Part shown: positions 52,630 to 63,379 of the stretch, in pieces
Numbering within the stretch: position 1 is the first letter of the stretch
How the letters are laid out: every line of letters starts with the position of its first letter
DNA from: Candidatus Poribacteria bacterium
Lineage (GTDB): Bacteria > Poribacteria > WGA-4E > WGA-3G
DNA length: 64,000 nt
Direction of reading: 5' to 3'
NCBI GenBank assembly: GCA_965242965.1
Contig: OZ251518.1
Coordinates: 3,904,001 to 3,968,000, forward strand
Position numbers and translations under genes: made by a program
The notes under the pieces: model-generated
Seen by the model: the letters and a program-made list of their open reading frames with translations, nothing else
What the model was told of the DNA's origin: nothing
Databases searched by the model: none

Positions 52630-53955
52630 ATGCACAAGTCCATGCTATCCATCCCTATGGGAAACACCGAAAAAACGACGCTTTTTGACGCGGCTTATGA
52701 ACGCCGAAAGCAACCGCTACTGTCCGAAACCTTGAAGCGGCTCCGTCCTATCTATAGCCAAGCAGAATTGAGCGTCTTGCGCATCGACAGCACGAGCCGC
52801 GAGGTATTATCTCAACGTTCCGGACGCGGGTTCGTCAATCGCGATATTCTGGAGACGGTGCTTGGCAACTTGTTGGAGTGTGTTGCCCCCGGTTCGCATA
52901 ACGCGCCGCACCCGCATCATCAAAAACAGAAGTTCGCGGGAGCGATTGAAGAAGTGGCAGACCAGCTCTACGCCATGGTAGCGCAATCTTTTTTAGCTGT
53001 TGCAGACGAAACGCACCTCGGTGCCGCACTAGAAACCGCGTTTTCTCTGCTTTGGGAACTGCCGCGGTTAAAAAGCCGCGCGCTTTGGAACAGGTTCGCT
53101 TCCCTGAAGGACCCGGCCGTCTGGGATGCCTACCTTCTCCACACCGGTATCTCTCGCGAGAAACTAGCCTCGCTCAATTTTCGCGAGAAAATTGATGAAG
53201 CGATTCAGGAACGCACTTTTGAACCGTATCAAGATTACCTCGCCACGCTGAATCTCGCCTCCGATTTAGCGCAGAAAATCTTGAATTATCAGTTGCAGCT
53301 CGTCATCAGCACTTATCCGGGGTGGCGTGTGCTGTTTTATCACGATGTGGCGCACGCTTTGACGCGCAGCGAGCCCACTGAGGAGGATTCGGATATCCAC
53401 CGTGTGCCGGTGCCGCTGCTGCCGCGCGCGATTTCAGAACTCGGCGGACGTTACTATCAGGCAGATATTCACCCGGAAACCCAGATAGGCGATGCCAATC
53501 TGCTGGAGCATCCGCATCGCGGGGTGACAACCGGGCAAACCGGTATCATCGGTTCCGGGTGCGTCATTTATCCTTGCACCCTCGGCGGGTTGAGCGTCAA
53601 AGTGAAGCAGCGGCACCCTGTCATCGGTGATTTCGTTGAGATTGGCACGGATACCAGTCTCCTCGGTCCGGTGCAAATTGCGGCACACTCCACCGTCGGC
53701 ACAAACACTGAGATTTACGGGTTTGTCGAGGTTGAGGAGCGGTGCCGTATCGGTTCGTCGGTTGTCATCGGCACTATCCGCGGTGCATCCGAGCATCCCG
53801 GCAGGATTTATATCGGCGAAGGCGTGCGCATCGGTGATGGAACGATTATTGAGAATACGTCAGAGATGGATTTGGTGATTCCAAATCGTTCGCAAATACC
53901 GGCGCGCAGTCACGTCGCGAACGATGGGTTCGGTTTTCCGAGATACGTTGGCTAA
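52630..53955 (+). CDS. serine O-acetyltransferase-like hexapeptide-repeat protein with long N-terminal extension
   Basis: YPG...AHAL..PLLPRAISE, DIHPETQIG, TLGG..RHPVIGD. Confidence 0.7.
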   Translation: MHKSMLSIPMGNTEKTTLFDAAYERRKQPLLSETLKRLRPIYSQAELSVLRIDSTSREVLSQRSGRGFVNRDILETVLGNLLECVAPGSHNAPHPHHQKQKFAGAIEEVADQLYAMVAQSFLAVADETHLGAALETAFSLLWELPRLKSRALWNRFASLKDPAVWDAYLLHTGISREKLASLNFREKIDEAIQERTFEPYQDYLATLNLASDLAQKILNYQLQLVISTYPGWRVLFYHDVAHALTRSEPTEEDSDIHRVPVPLLPRAISELGGRYYQADIHPETQIGDANLLEHPHRGVTTGQTGIIGSGCVIYPCTLGGLSVKVKQRHPVIGDFVEIGTDTSLLGPVQIAAHSTVGTNTEIYGFVEVEERCRIGSSVVIGTIRGASEHPGRIYIGEGVRIGDGTIIENTSEMDLVIPNRSQIPARSHVANDGFGFPRYVG

Positions 53956-54076
53956 CACACCTTGCCGCTCTAGGGGGCTCGCATGGAAAACTTCTCCGCT
54001 TGAATACGGAATCGGCCTGTCATATTGGAAATCCTGCTAATCCTGAAAATTCTCAATTCAGAAAAAAGAAACGGAA

Positions 54077-55660
54077 ATGATGAAAAAGATTCAACGCGTT
54101 TTAATTAGCGTTTATGACAAAACCAACCTTTTAGAGATAGCGAAGGTTCTCGCCGAGCGCGGGGTGGAAATTCTGTCCACCGGTGGCACGGAGCGGCATC
54201 TCCGTGATGCAGGGATTGACACGGTTGATGTCTCTGACTACACTGGTTTTCCAGAGTTGTTTGATGGTAGAGTCAAGACGCTCCATCCGAAAATTCACGG
54301 CGGGCTCCTCACGGAGTGGGATAATCCAGAACATCGCGTCGAAGCGGATGCGCACGGCATCACCGCCATCGATTTGGTGATATCCAACCTCTATCCGTTT
54401 GAAGCAACCGTGGCGAAACAGGATGTCACGCTTGCAGCGGCGATTGAGAATATCGACATTGGCGGCCCGACGATGATTCGCGCCGCTGCGAAAAATTACC
54501 GGCACGTCGCTGTCGTCACTGACGTAAGCCAATACCCGCGCGTTGTTTCTGAACTCACTGACAACGACGGATGCTTATCGGAAGCGACGCGGTTTGACTT
54601 AGCGAAAGCGGCGTTTGCGCACACCGCTGGCTATGATAGCGCGATTTCGGCGTATCTTACGGACATAGCTAGCGTGGAAAGCGCGTCTCCCTCAGAGGCA
54701 TTCGGAGAGACGCTCACGCTCCGTTTCAAAAAGGCAAGCCCGCTCCGTTATGGCGAAAATCCGCACCAACGCGCCGCCTTCTATCGCACTCAGCACGCGC
54801 CGGAACCGTGCGCCGCCTGGGCAAATCAACTCAGCGGGCAACCGCTCTCTTTCAATAACATTCTCGATTTAGAGGCTGCGCTGGAGATAGTCAAAGATTT
54901 CGCGCAACCGGCGTGCGCTATTATTAAACATAACAATCCGTGTGGCCTCGCCACTGCTGAAAACCTGCAGGAAGCGTTCACGAACGCTTTGGAATGCGAC
55001 AGAGTTTCCGCGTTCGGTTCCGTTGTCGGACTCAACCGTAAGGTGACGATTCAGACAGCGAACACTATCCGCGAAGCGGCAAACGCGGGCGTTAAAATCG
55101 ATGCTATCATCGCGCCAGGTTATACCGAAAAAGCACTGCGCGCGCTCTCCCGCGTCAAACACCGTCCGATTCTGGAGACAGGCGCGTTACATCGAGCAAC
55201 GTCTGTTTTGCAGATTCGGAACGTTACAGGCGGCGTGCTGGTGCAGACTCCCGATGTCCATGAGATGCAGGCAGACGCGCTACAAGTTGCCACGAAACGC
55301 GCGCCGACAGAGGCAGAAATTCAATTGCTGCTCTTCGCATGGCAGGCGTGCAAACATGTCAAATCTAACTGCATCTTGCTGGCGCGAGGCACACAAAGCG
55401 TCGGCATCGGTGCAGGACAGATGAGTCGTGTGGATTCGGCCATCATCGCTGTCCGCAAAGCGGGTGAGAAGGCGAGGGGAGCCGTATTGGCATCGGATGC
55501 CTATTTTCCGTTCCCTGATGGGGTTGAAATTGCCGGCGAGGCGGGTATCTCTGCCATCATTCAACCGGGCGGCTCTGTCAATGATGAACCGGTGATTGAG
55601 ACAGCCGACGCTTACGGCATGGCGATGGTGTTTACCGGTGTGCGGCATTTTCGGCATTAA
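54077..55660 (+). CDS. purH: bifunctional AICAR transformylase/IMP cyclohydrolase
   Basis: STGGT, GRVKTLHP, IDIGGP, RYGENPHQ, KHNNPCG, GQMSRVDS, RHFRH. Confidence 0.97.
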   Translation: MMKKIQRVLISVYDKTNLLEIAKVLAERGVEILSTGGTERHLRDAGIDTVDVSDYTGFPELFDGRVKTLHPKIHGGLLTEWDNPEHRVEADAHGITAIDLVISNLYPFEATVAKQDVTLAAAIENIDIGGPTMIRAAAKNYRHVAVVTDVSQYPRVVSELTDNDGCLSEATRFDLAKAAFAHTAGYDSAISAYLTDIASVESASPSEAFGETLTLRFKKASPLRYGENPHQRAAFYRTQHAPEPCAAWANQLSGQPLSFNNILDLEAALEIVKDFAQPACAIIKHNNPCGLATAENLQEAFTNALECDRVSAFGSVVGLNRKVTIQTANTIREAANAGVKIDAIIAPGYTEKALRALSRVKHRPILETGALHRATSVLQIRNVTGGVLVQTPDVHEMQADALQVATKRAPTEAEIQLLLFAWQACKHVKSNCILLARGTQSVGIGAGQMSRVDSAIIAVRKAGEKARGAVLASDAYFPFPDGVEIAGEAGISAIIQPGGSVNDEPVIETADAYGMAMVFTGVRHFRH

Positions 55661-55771
55661 TCCCGTGGCCGCGAATTCAGTTCGCCGTTGCACCTTGTTA
55701 GGAAAAAACTTGCAATTTATTCGGGAACATGCTATGATAAACATTAAATCCGCTTTCAAGGTAGAAGGTTT

Positions 55772-56317
55772 ATGAACAGAACATTGAGTCAAAAGCCCAA
55801 TATCGTCCTCGTCGGGTTTATGGGCACGGGGAAAACCGCTGTCGGTAGACGGCTCGCATCACAACTCCGCATGCGCTACGTCGATACGGACGATGTCATT
55901 GAGCAGGACAATCAGCGATACATCAGCGACATCTTCGCCGAAGATGGAGAGGCAGTGTTTCGGCGGCTTGAAAGCGAAGCGGTTCGCAAAGTCTCAAAAC
56001 GCCATAATTACGTCATTTCTACCGGCGGCGGCGTTGTCCTGAAAGCGGTGAATATGGAGAACCTGAAGCGGAACGGGGTCATCTTTTGCTTAACGGCGAC
56101 AGCAGAGGCAATCTATCGGCGCATCGGACACCAAAAGCATCGGCCCCTGTTACAGACACCGGATGCGATGGAGAAGATTCAGACAATGCTGGTGGAACGG
56201 CATCCTTATTATGCGCAAGCCGACTATACGGTGAAGACTACAGGACGCTCGTTCGGTGAAATCGTCGCGCACATCCGGTCCGTTTTTTATCGTGCCGTTC
56301 ACCGAAACTCGGAATAA
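55772..56317 (+). CDS. aroK: shikimate kinase
   Basis: GFMGTGKT, FRRLE, STGGG, RPLL. Confidence 0.95.
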   Translation: MNRTLSQKPNIVLVGFMGTGKTAVGRRLASQLRMRYVDTDDVIEQDNQRYISDIFAEDGEAVFRRLESEAVRKVSKRHNYVISTGGGVVLKAVNMENLKRNGVIFCLTATAEAIYRRIGHQKHRPLLQTPDAMEKIQTMLVERHPYYAQADYTVKTTGRSFGEIVAHIRSVFYRAVHRNSE

Positions 56318-56389
56318 TGCCAAGTCCCGCCGAATTGTAAGGGGGATTTCTATCGCCACCCTGAAAATTGATTGGGTTTCAGCAGAACT

Positions 56390-57478
56390 ATGGAAACAAC
56401 TACCTTATATGTCGAACTCGGCGCGGACAGGTATCCTATCCACGTTGGGCAAGGCATCCTCGGCGAAATTGGCGAGAAACTTGCACCGCATGTCAAATCA
56501 AAGCGGGCCCTCATCGTTTCGGATGCGTTTGTGACGACGCGCTATCTGCCTGTTGTTCAGGAAAGCCTTACAACTGCAGGATTTGACGTAGGCGCGGTGG
56601 AGGTGCCTGTCGGCGAAAAGAGCAAATCGATTGCGCAGTTTGTCCGCATTCAGGATAGTTTAGTGGCGCATCAACTGGACAGAGGTTCAACGCTTATCGC
56701 GCTTGGAGGCGGTGTCATCGGTGATCTGGCGGGATTTTCGGCGGCGGTTTACATGCGCGGCATCGCTTACGTGCAAATCCCGACGACACTCCAAGCGCAA
56801 GTCGATGCCAGCGTCGGCGGCAAAACGGCGATTAACCATCCGAAAAGTAAGAACCTCATCGGCGCGTTCCATCAACCGAAGCAGGTGCTGATTGACGTAG
56901 ATACGCTGAAATCGTTGCCGCAACGGGATATCCGTGCCGGCCTCATTGAAGTGATTAAAATGGGGGTTATCCGCGATGAACCTCTGTTTGCGATGGTTGA
57001 AGAAAACCTCGCCGCTATCTTAAACGCGAATGCATCGACGCTCATTGAGATGATTGCGCGCGCTTGTGCTAACAAGGCGGACATCGTCGCGCAAGACGAA
57101 AAAGAGAACCGCTTGCGGATGGTGCTGAACTACGGACATACCTTCGGGCACGCACTGGAGGCAGTCACCGATTACAAGCGGTATCGCCACGGTGAGGCAG
57201 TCGCCATTGGGATGACGTGTGCGGCGCGGTTAGCGGTTAATTTAGGGATGTTTTCGGAAACCGATTTTCGTCGGCAGTGCGCGCTTTTGAGCACGGCAAA
57301 TCTGCCGACGCGTTTTCCATCGGATGTTTCGCCAGAAGCGTTGCACGCTGCCATGTATTTAGATAAAAAGACGATAGGCGGCACGCTCCGTCTCATTCTA
57401 CCGACGCGCATCGGCGAAGTCGTCATCCGCGAGGATGTCGGTAAACCCGATATATTAGATGCCATTTCTCAATGCTGA
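56390..57478 (+). CDS. aroB: 3-dehydroquinate synthase
   Basis: GGGVIGD, PTTL.AQVDASVGGKT, LNYGHTFGHALE, HGEAV. Confidence 0.96.
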   Translation: METTTLYVELGADRYPIHVGQGILGEIGEKLAPHVKSKRALIVSDAFVTTRYLPVVQESLTTAGFDVGAVEVPVGEKSKSIAQFVRIQDSLVAHQLDRGSTLIALGGGVIGDLAGFSAAVYMRGIAYVQIPTTLQAQVDASVGGKTAINHPKSKNLIGAFHQPKQVLIDVDTLKSLPQRDIRAGLIEVIKMGVIRDEPLFAMVEENLAAILNANASTLIEMIARACANKADIVAQDEKENRLRMVLNYGHTFGHALEAVTDYKRYRHGEAVAIGMTCAARLAVNLGMFSETDFRRQCALLSTANLPTRFPSDVSPEALHAAMYLDKKTIGGTLRLILPTRIGEVVIREDVGKPDILDAISQC

Positions 57479-57532
57479 AGCATCTCGTAAGGGCGGATGT
57501 CTATGGTTTCCGCCCGCATCAGAGGATATGAT

Positions 57533-58711
57533 ATGACAGTTAACAACCGATTTCAGGTGCTAATCATCTGCTTCGTCTGCTGCTTATGCGCAGGTGTCGC
57601 GTTTGCACAAGGGCTCGCGCCGCCGACAAACGTTACCGCCAAAGATACGCCGAACGACGATGGCAAAAGCATCACGCTCACGTGGGATGCAGCGGCAGAA
57701 GGAAGCGGAATCACCGGTTACAAAATTCTGCGAGGCACAACATCGGAGACGCTTGAGGAAATCGGAGAAACGAAAGTTGACGAAACGAAAGCCGACGAGA
57801 AGCCAACTTACGTCGATGCATCTGTTGAAACAGGCACCGATTACGTTTATGTCGTCCGCGCCGTTATTGACAATGGAACGGACTCGCCTGAGCCCGTTAC
57901 CACCGCGGATTCTGAGATAACCGCGTCTGTTCAAGCGACAGGCCAGTGGTTTCACACCGGCAAGATTCCGCTTTTCTGCGCAATGCTTCTGTTTTGCGCC
58001 GCAATTGTCGGAAATATCTATTATGCCCGAAGCGGCAAAGAGATATTTGTTCGTCGCATCCCCGGTTTAGAGGCAGTTGATGAGGCTATCGGCAGAGCGA
58101 CGGAGATGGGACGTTCCATTCTTTACGTCCTCGGTTTGGGCGATGTGGGCGATGTCGCTACTATCGCCAGTATGGCCATTCTAGGACAAGTGGCGCGAAG
58201 GACAGCCGACTATGAAACGCCACTGCGGGTTCCGTGCCGAGACCCAATCGTGCTAAACGTTGTCCGCGAGATGGTGCGCACCTCTTATATCAATGAAGGC
58301 CGTCCCGATGCCTACAACGAGGATAACATCTTCTTCCTTACCCCCGGCCAGTTTGCTTACGCAGCGGGGGTTGATGGCATGATTGTCCGTGAAAAACCAG
58401 CTGCGATCTTTCTGCAAGGCACTTTTTACGCCGAATCGCTCATCCTCGCCGAGACAGGAAACTCTATCGGTGCAATTCAGATTGCTGGCACAACAGCGGA
58501 ACACCAACTCCCCTTCTTCATCGCAGCGTGCGATTATACGCTAATCGGCGAGGAACTCTACGCCGCGAGTGCTTATCTCTCTAAAGAACCGATGCTCCTC
58601 GGCAGTCTGCGAGGACAAGACTGGGGCAAAGTGGTTCTCTTCGCGGTCCTCGTGATGGGTGTCCTTCTTGAAATGCTCGGTATCAACTGGCTCACGACGC
58701 TCTTACAGTAA
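57533..58711 (+). CDS. fibronectin type III + DUF6754-like membrane protein
   Basis: signal peptide, FN3 (PPTNVTA..LTW..GY.I.R), RRIPGLEAVDEAIGRATEMG, IGEELYAASAYLS. Confidence 0.75.
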   Translation: MTVNNRFQVLIICFVCCLCAGVAFAQGLAPPTNVTAKDTPNDDGKSITLTWDAAAEGSGITGYKILRGTTSETLEEIGETKVDETKADEKPTYVDASVETGTDYVYVVRAVIDNGTDSPEPVTTADSEITASVQATGQWFHTGKIPLFCAMLLFCAAIVGNIYYARSGKEIFVRRIPGLEAVDEAIGRATEMGRSILYVLGLGDVGDVATIASMAILGQVARRTADYETPLRVPCRDPIVLNVVREMVRTSYINEGRPDAYNEDNIFFLTPGQFAYAAGVDGMIVREKPAAIFLQGTFYAESLILAETGNSIGAIQIAGTTAEHQLPFFIAACDYTLIGEELYAASAYLSKEPMLLGSLRGQDWGKVVLFAVLVMGVLLEMLGINWLTTLLQ

Positions 58712-58756
58712 AGTCTAGGAGACAACACATCAGAACCGCTTAGGAAATCAAAAAAT

Positions 58757-59413
58757 ATGAAACGACAAGTTCCCTTAGTGCTCTGCTTCGTTTTTGGGAT
58801 TGTGATGATCTTCACCCGGTTTAGTCCACACGAAACCTCGCAGGAACTTTACCAAGGCATCCTCAACTGGGGTCTGATTATTGGGCCTTTCCCGCTGGTG
58901 TTAGCGGTGATAACGCTCATCCAAGTCCATTTGAGCCGTATCCGTCGCCGCACGGAATACTGGCAGTATAGTATTGTCGTATTTGCAGGCATGATAACGA
59001 TGGTGGTGCTAGGTGTCCCGTTTGGAATTGAGCATCCTGGATTTCAGTGGCTTTTTGCATACGTCCAAGTGCCAATGGAGGCGACGATGTTTTCGCTACT
59101 CGCCTTCTTTATCGCATCGGCGGCATACCGCGCGTTTCGCGCGCGAACGTTCGAGGCAACGCTGCTCCTCGTCGCAGCTCTTATTGTGATGATAGGGAAC
59201 GTCCCAATCGGGGACCGGATTTGGAATATCTTCACATCGGGGATATCCTGGATGCCTGAGAACGCCACCTCCTGGGCACGACAGTGGATTTTGGATAACC
59301 CGAACCTGGCAGCACGACGCGGGATTATCCTTGGTGTGGGTCTCGGCGTAATCTCACAATCCATCAGGATTATCCTCGGCATCGAACGCTCATATCTCGG
59401 CGGAGGAGACTAA
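58757..59413 (+). CDS. uncharacterised integral membrane protein
   Basis: about six TM segments, FFIASAAYRAFRAR. Confidence 0.75.
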   Translation: MKRQVPLVLCFVFGIVMIFTRFSPHETSQELYQGILNWGLIIGPFPLVLAVITLIQVHLSRIRRRTEYWQYSIVVFAGMITMVVLGVPFGIEHPGFQWLFAYVQVPMEATMFSLLAFFIASAAYRAFRARTFEATLLLVAALIVMIGNVPIGDRIWNIFTSGISWMPENATSWARQWILDNPNLAARRGIILGVGLGVISQSIRIILGIERSYLGGGD

Positions 59414-59416
59414 TCA

Positions 59417-60232
59417 ATGCTTCAAAAACTCATGAACATCGACAGGCGGATTGTCTTCATTTTCGTGGCACTCACCGTTATCGTCCCCACGCTGTTCCCA
59501 GTCAGCCTGCCAATCACAGTATCTGAACCAACGCAGAAACTCTATGACTACATTGACGCGCTGGAACCCAACTCAACACTGATGATGGCGTTCAATTACG
59601 GGCCTTCCTCCTTAGCGGAACCGGAACCGATGGCAATCGCTGTCCTAAGGCACTGCTTTGAAAAAGAGATTCAGGTCATCGGCGTAACCTTAATAGATGA
59701 AGCAGTGTTGCTAGCAGCGCAGCTGCTGCAAGAAATCGGCGAAGAAAAGGGAGCTACCTATGGCGAAGACTATGTCTTGCTTGGCTATCGGCCGGGGACT
59801 CTCCCAGTCATTCTGGGAATGGGCACCGAAATCGCAAGTGTTTTTGCGAGCGATTACACAGGAGAACCGCTAACTGAAATCCCGATGATGGAGAATATCA
59901 CCAACTATGAGCAGATTGATCTGCTCTTAGATCTCGCGTCTAGCAGCACGGTAGAACTGTGGGTAATCTACGCGAACACGGAATACGGTTTGAAAATCGG
60001 CGCAGGCGTGACAGGGGTTATCGTCTCGCAGATGTATCCCTATCTCCAGACAGGACAACTGGTAGGGCTCATGTCCGGGTTCTTGGGCGCAGCCGAGTAT
60101 GAGAAACTGATAAACGCGCAGGGCAAAGGCACCGCCGGGATAAACATCGTATCCTTCGTGCATTTGTTGATTGTAGGACTCGTGATTATCGGCAATATCG
60201 CTTTTTTCATTCAACGGCGAGAGGAGTCATAA
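59417..60232 (+). CDS. uncharacterised membrane-anchored alpha/beta protein
   Basis: N- and C-terminal TM, YGEDYVLLGYRPG, GAAEYE. Confidence 0.75.
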   Translation: MLQKLMNIDRRIVFIFVALTVIVPTLFPVSLPITVSEPTQKLYDYIDALEPNSTLMMAFNYGPSSLAEPEPMAIAVLRHCFEKEIQVIGVTLIDEAVLLAAQLLQEIGEEKGATYGEDYVLLGYRPGTLPVILGMGTEIASVFASDYTGEPLTEIPMMENITNYEQIDLLLDLASSSTVELWVIYANTEYGLKIGAGVTGVIVSQMYPYLQTGQLVGLMSGFLGAAEYEKLINAQGKGTAGINIVSFVHLLIVGLVIIGNIAFFIQRREES

Positions 60233-60236
60233 ATTC

Positions 60237-60884
60237 ATGGAAACTTTTGGAATTTTGGTTGCGGCGGTTCTGACACTCTGCATCTTTAGTTTTCTTTATA
60301 GAGATAACCCCTTTTATCGGTTTGCCGAGCATCTCCTCGTCGGCATCTCGGTCGGTTACAGCATCGTTTTTGCCATCCATCAGGCGTTTATTCCGGTCGC
60401 CTGGAATCCGCTTTGGGCAGCGATAACCGGCGAAGGTCCGCAAACGGGGTTCTACAAGCTGATTCCGATTTTCCTCGGATTGCTGTTTTTCGCGCGTCTT
60501 TCACCCCGCCATACGTGGCTCATCCGGTATCCAATCGCCATCCTCATCGGATATAGTTCCGGCCTCGCCATTCCAAACGTGTTGCAAGCGGAGATTTTTA
60601 CGCAGACGCACGGCACGCTCGTCCCGTTTGGAAATCTCTCAGCACTCGGATTTTGGGAAATTATCGGTGCAATACTGATGGTTATCGGTGTGATTTGCAC
60701 GCTCACCTACTTTTTCTTCTCGGTGGAACACCGGGGTGCCGTCGGTGGACTCTCCAAAATCGGCATCGCCTTCCTGATGATTGGATTCGGTTCTGCGTTC
60801 GGCAACACGGTGATGGGACGTGTCGCCCTGTTAATCCAGCGCGTTGATTTTCTCATCAACGATTGGATTGGCACAATTTTTTGA
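60237..60884 (+). CDS. uncharacterised integral membrane protein
   Basis: FSFLYRDNPFYRFAEH, FGSAFGNTVMGR. Confidence 0.75.
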   Translation: METFGILVAAVLTLCIFSFLYRDNPFYRFAEHLLVGISVGYSIVFAIHQAFIPVAWNPLWAAITGEGPQTGFYKLIPIFLGLLFFARLSPRHTWLIRYPIAILIGYSSGLAIPNVLQAEIFTQTHGTLVPFGNLSALGFWEIIGAILMVIGVICTLTYFFFSVEHRGAVGGLSKIGIAFLMIGFGSAFGNTVMGRVALLIQRVDFLINDWIGTIF

Positions 60885-60894
60885 GAGGCATACC

Positions 60895-61986
60895 ATGGCA
60901 AAGAAACCAGAACAAGGCACCCCTCAGCCCATCCAAGAAGCCGCAGCCGCTTATCAACTGTCGACGACGGTGTCGCTCATTGACAAGGCGATAGCCGAGG
61001 CAGAAACACTGCAACAGGCCGGTAAACCAGCGGACGCAGTTGAAAAGTGGCGCGCCATTGCAAACATCGTTGAAGGCACCGGCGACGCACTCGCCGCGCA
61101 CGCATGGTTCCAAGCCGGCACGTTGCTCGCCGCACAAGCACTTGATAGAAGTCCAGCACCCGCAACGCGTTACTCCCACGAGGCACTCGCCGCTTACAAT
61201 AACGCCATTCGCCTTGATGCAGCTCAGGCGGAGGTTTATCTCCAGCGCGCCAAGGCGAAGATTGCCCTAGGACACTATGATGCAGCCCTTGCCGACGTGG
61301 AGAAGCAGCTGTGTATAGAGCCTGCATCCGCATCCGCATACACCGTCCGTGGCGTGGCGCAGTTCTGCCTCAGCCAGCACGATGCCGCTTTCGCCGATTT
61401 TGCGGCGGCACTACGGTTAGACCCGGGATGTGCAGACGCATACGCCGCACGCGGGATAGTGAAAAGCAGACTGGGAGAATATAAAGCCGCATTGGTGGAT
61501 TTTGACGCAGCCATCCATCTCCTGCCAGAGGTGCCAACTGACGCTAGAGCTGCCCATAAACATTACGCCGCTAAAGGGCTTGCAGCGGACTTGCGGCACC
61601 GCTTAGCCCACGTCTATCACAATCGCGCTTATGCCAAGGCGTTCCTCGGGCAACGGCAAGCCGCACTGGCTGACTACGATGCAGCGATTCGGCTGAGCCC
61701 GAAGTGCGCGGCGAGTTACACCAATCGCGGCGAACTCAAATATTCGTTGGGACAGTTTGAAGCTGCACTAGCGGACTTTGAAGCCGCCATTCTCGCCGAT
61801 GCAGAATTCGCGCAACCCTACACCGAAAGGGCCCGCGAAAAACTCCGCTGGGGACGCGATGCAGACGCAAAAGCGGATTTGGAAATTGCGCTGAAACTGG
61901 CACACGCAGCCGGTGATGAGACACACCAAGGCTACGTTGAATCCTTGCTTGAGGATATTAACGAATCGGAGGGAGCGGATAACTGA
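60895..61986 (+). CDS. TPR repeat protein
   Basis: multiple AALADYDAAIRL.P..A..Y.NRG repeats. Confidence 0.88.
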   Translation: MAKKPEQGTPQPIQEAAAAYQLSTTVSLIDKAIAEAETLQQAGKPADAVEKWRAIANIVEGTGDALAAHAWFQAGTLLAAQALDRSPAPATRYSHEALAAYNNAIRLDAAQAEVYLQRAKAKIALGHYDAALADVEKQLCIEPASASAYTVRGVAQFCLSQHDAAFADFAAALRLDPGCADAYAARGIVKSRLGEYKAALVDFDAAIHLLPEVPTDARAAHKHYAAKGLAADLRHRLAHVYHNRAYAKAFLGQRQAALADYDAAIRLSPKCAASYTNRGELKYSLGQFEAALADFEAAILADAEFAQPYTERAREKLRWGRDADAKADLEIALKLAHAAGDETHQGYVESLLEDINESEGADN

Positions 61987-62492
61987 TGTTTCAATCCATC
62001 TTGGTGCCACCAAAGGTTAGCCCACGTGTCATTTGGCCACACGAAGCACGGGATTTCACACCATGGTTAGCAGTGAACTTGTCGGCTATCGCTGTTCCGC
62101 TGAACATGGAACTTGAATTTGAAGCCCGAGAGAAAAACGTTGAAGGATTCCGCGCTGATTTGGTATGCCGCAACCCAAGGGACAATTCACGAATCGTGAT
62201 CGAAAACCAACTCTATAAATCCGACCATTCGCACCTCGGCCAGGTTCTCACGTACGCGGCAAATCTTCAAGCGGGTACCCTCGTTTGGGTCTCGACAGAA
62301 CTGAGAAGAGCACACCGTGTAACTCTGGACTGGCATAACGAAATCACTGATGCACAGGTTAGATTCTTTGGTTTGGAATTCCAGACACACGGTGATGACA
62401 GTTCTGGCTATACAGTGCAGTTCGAGGTTATCGCCAAACCGATGGACTGGGAGTCCCCAACTGGAATCGTTCCCTATCAAATCCGCCGATGA
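61986..62492 (+). CDS. PD-(D/E)XK nuclease-like protein (DUF4268-associated N-terminal domain)
   Basis: WPHEARDFTPWL, ADL, IENQL..SDHSHLGQVLTYAA. Confidence 0.75.
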   Translation: MFQSILVPPKVSPRVIWPHEARDFTPWLAVNLSAIAVPLNMELEFEAREKNVEGFRADLVCRNPRDNSRIVIENQLYKSDHSHLGQVLTYAANLQAGTLVWVSTELRRAHRVTLDWHNEITDAQVRFFGLEFQTHGDDSSGYTVQFEVIAKPMDWESPTGIVPYQIRR

Positions 62493-62534
62493 ACCAAACC
62501 CCGTTCACTTGTTGAGAGAGAGGAGAAAACCGTA

Positions 62535-63377
62535 ATGAAACTCGGATATAGCACGTGGGGGATGCCTACAGTCCCAATAGACACCGCCATCCACCACATC
62601 GCACAACTCGGATACGACGGTATTGAATTAACCATCATCCCGCGGTTCACGACAGAACTCAGCACGCTGGATGCCGCCGAACGGAAACGCATCGCCGCGC
62701 TGCTGAAACAGCACAACTTGGCACTCCCCGCAATCGCCGCGCATTCTAGTTTGCTTGAAACGGACGCAGCGGCACACGAACGAAATATGTGGCGGTTAAA
62801 GGGCGGCGTTGACTTAGCTGTAGAACTCGCGCAAGGCGAGGAACTCCCCGCTGTCAATACCACTCCCGGCGGCAAACCAGAGCAGTGGGATACCCAGAAA
62901 AACTTCCTCGCCGAACGGGTAGGCGAACTTGTCAACTACGCAGCGGAACGCGGTGTAACCATCGCTATGGAACCGCACATCGGCGCGATTATTGATACAC
63001 CCGCCAAAGTGCTAGAATTGTTGGAGATAGTCAATTCGCCCTATCTCAAAGTGAATTTTGACATCAGCCACTTTGACATCGTCGGGATGCCAACGGAAGA
63101 GACTGTCGCCGCATTGGCGGCAGTATCCGCGCACACGCACGTGAAGGACCAGCGTGGCATCGCACCTGACTTTGAGTTCCTCATCCCCGGCGAGGGAACG
63201 TTCGATTACGTCGGCTACCTCAAGGCGATGCAGGCGCACGGCTACGATGGGTTTATCACCGCCGAAGTCAGTTTCATGGTGCAGGCTCGCGAAAACTATA
63301 ACCCACTCGCCGCAGCAACGCTGTCTTATGAGACGCTGTCTCGCGCTTTCACAGAAGCCGGCATTGAGAGGAAATAA
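62535..63377 (+). CDS. sugar phosphate isomerase/epimerase
   Basis: GYDGIEL, MEPH, NFDISH, HVKD. Confidence 0.88.
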   Translation: MKLGYSTWGMPTVPIDTAIHHIAQLGYDGIELTIIPRFTTELSTLDAAERKRIAALLKQHNLALPAIAAHSSLLETDAAAHERNMWRLKGGVDLAVELAQGEELPAVNTTPGGKPEQWDTQKNFLAERVGELVNYAAERGVTIAMEPHIGAIIDTPAKVLELLEIVNSPYLKVNFDISHFDIVGMPTEETVAALAAVSAHTHVKDQRGIAPDFEFLIPGEGTFDYVGYLKAMQAHGYDGFITAEVSFMVQARENYNPLAAATLSYETLSRAFTEAGIERK

Positions 63378-63379
63378 CG

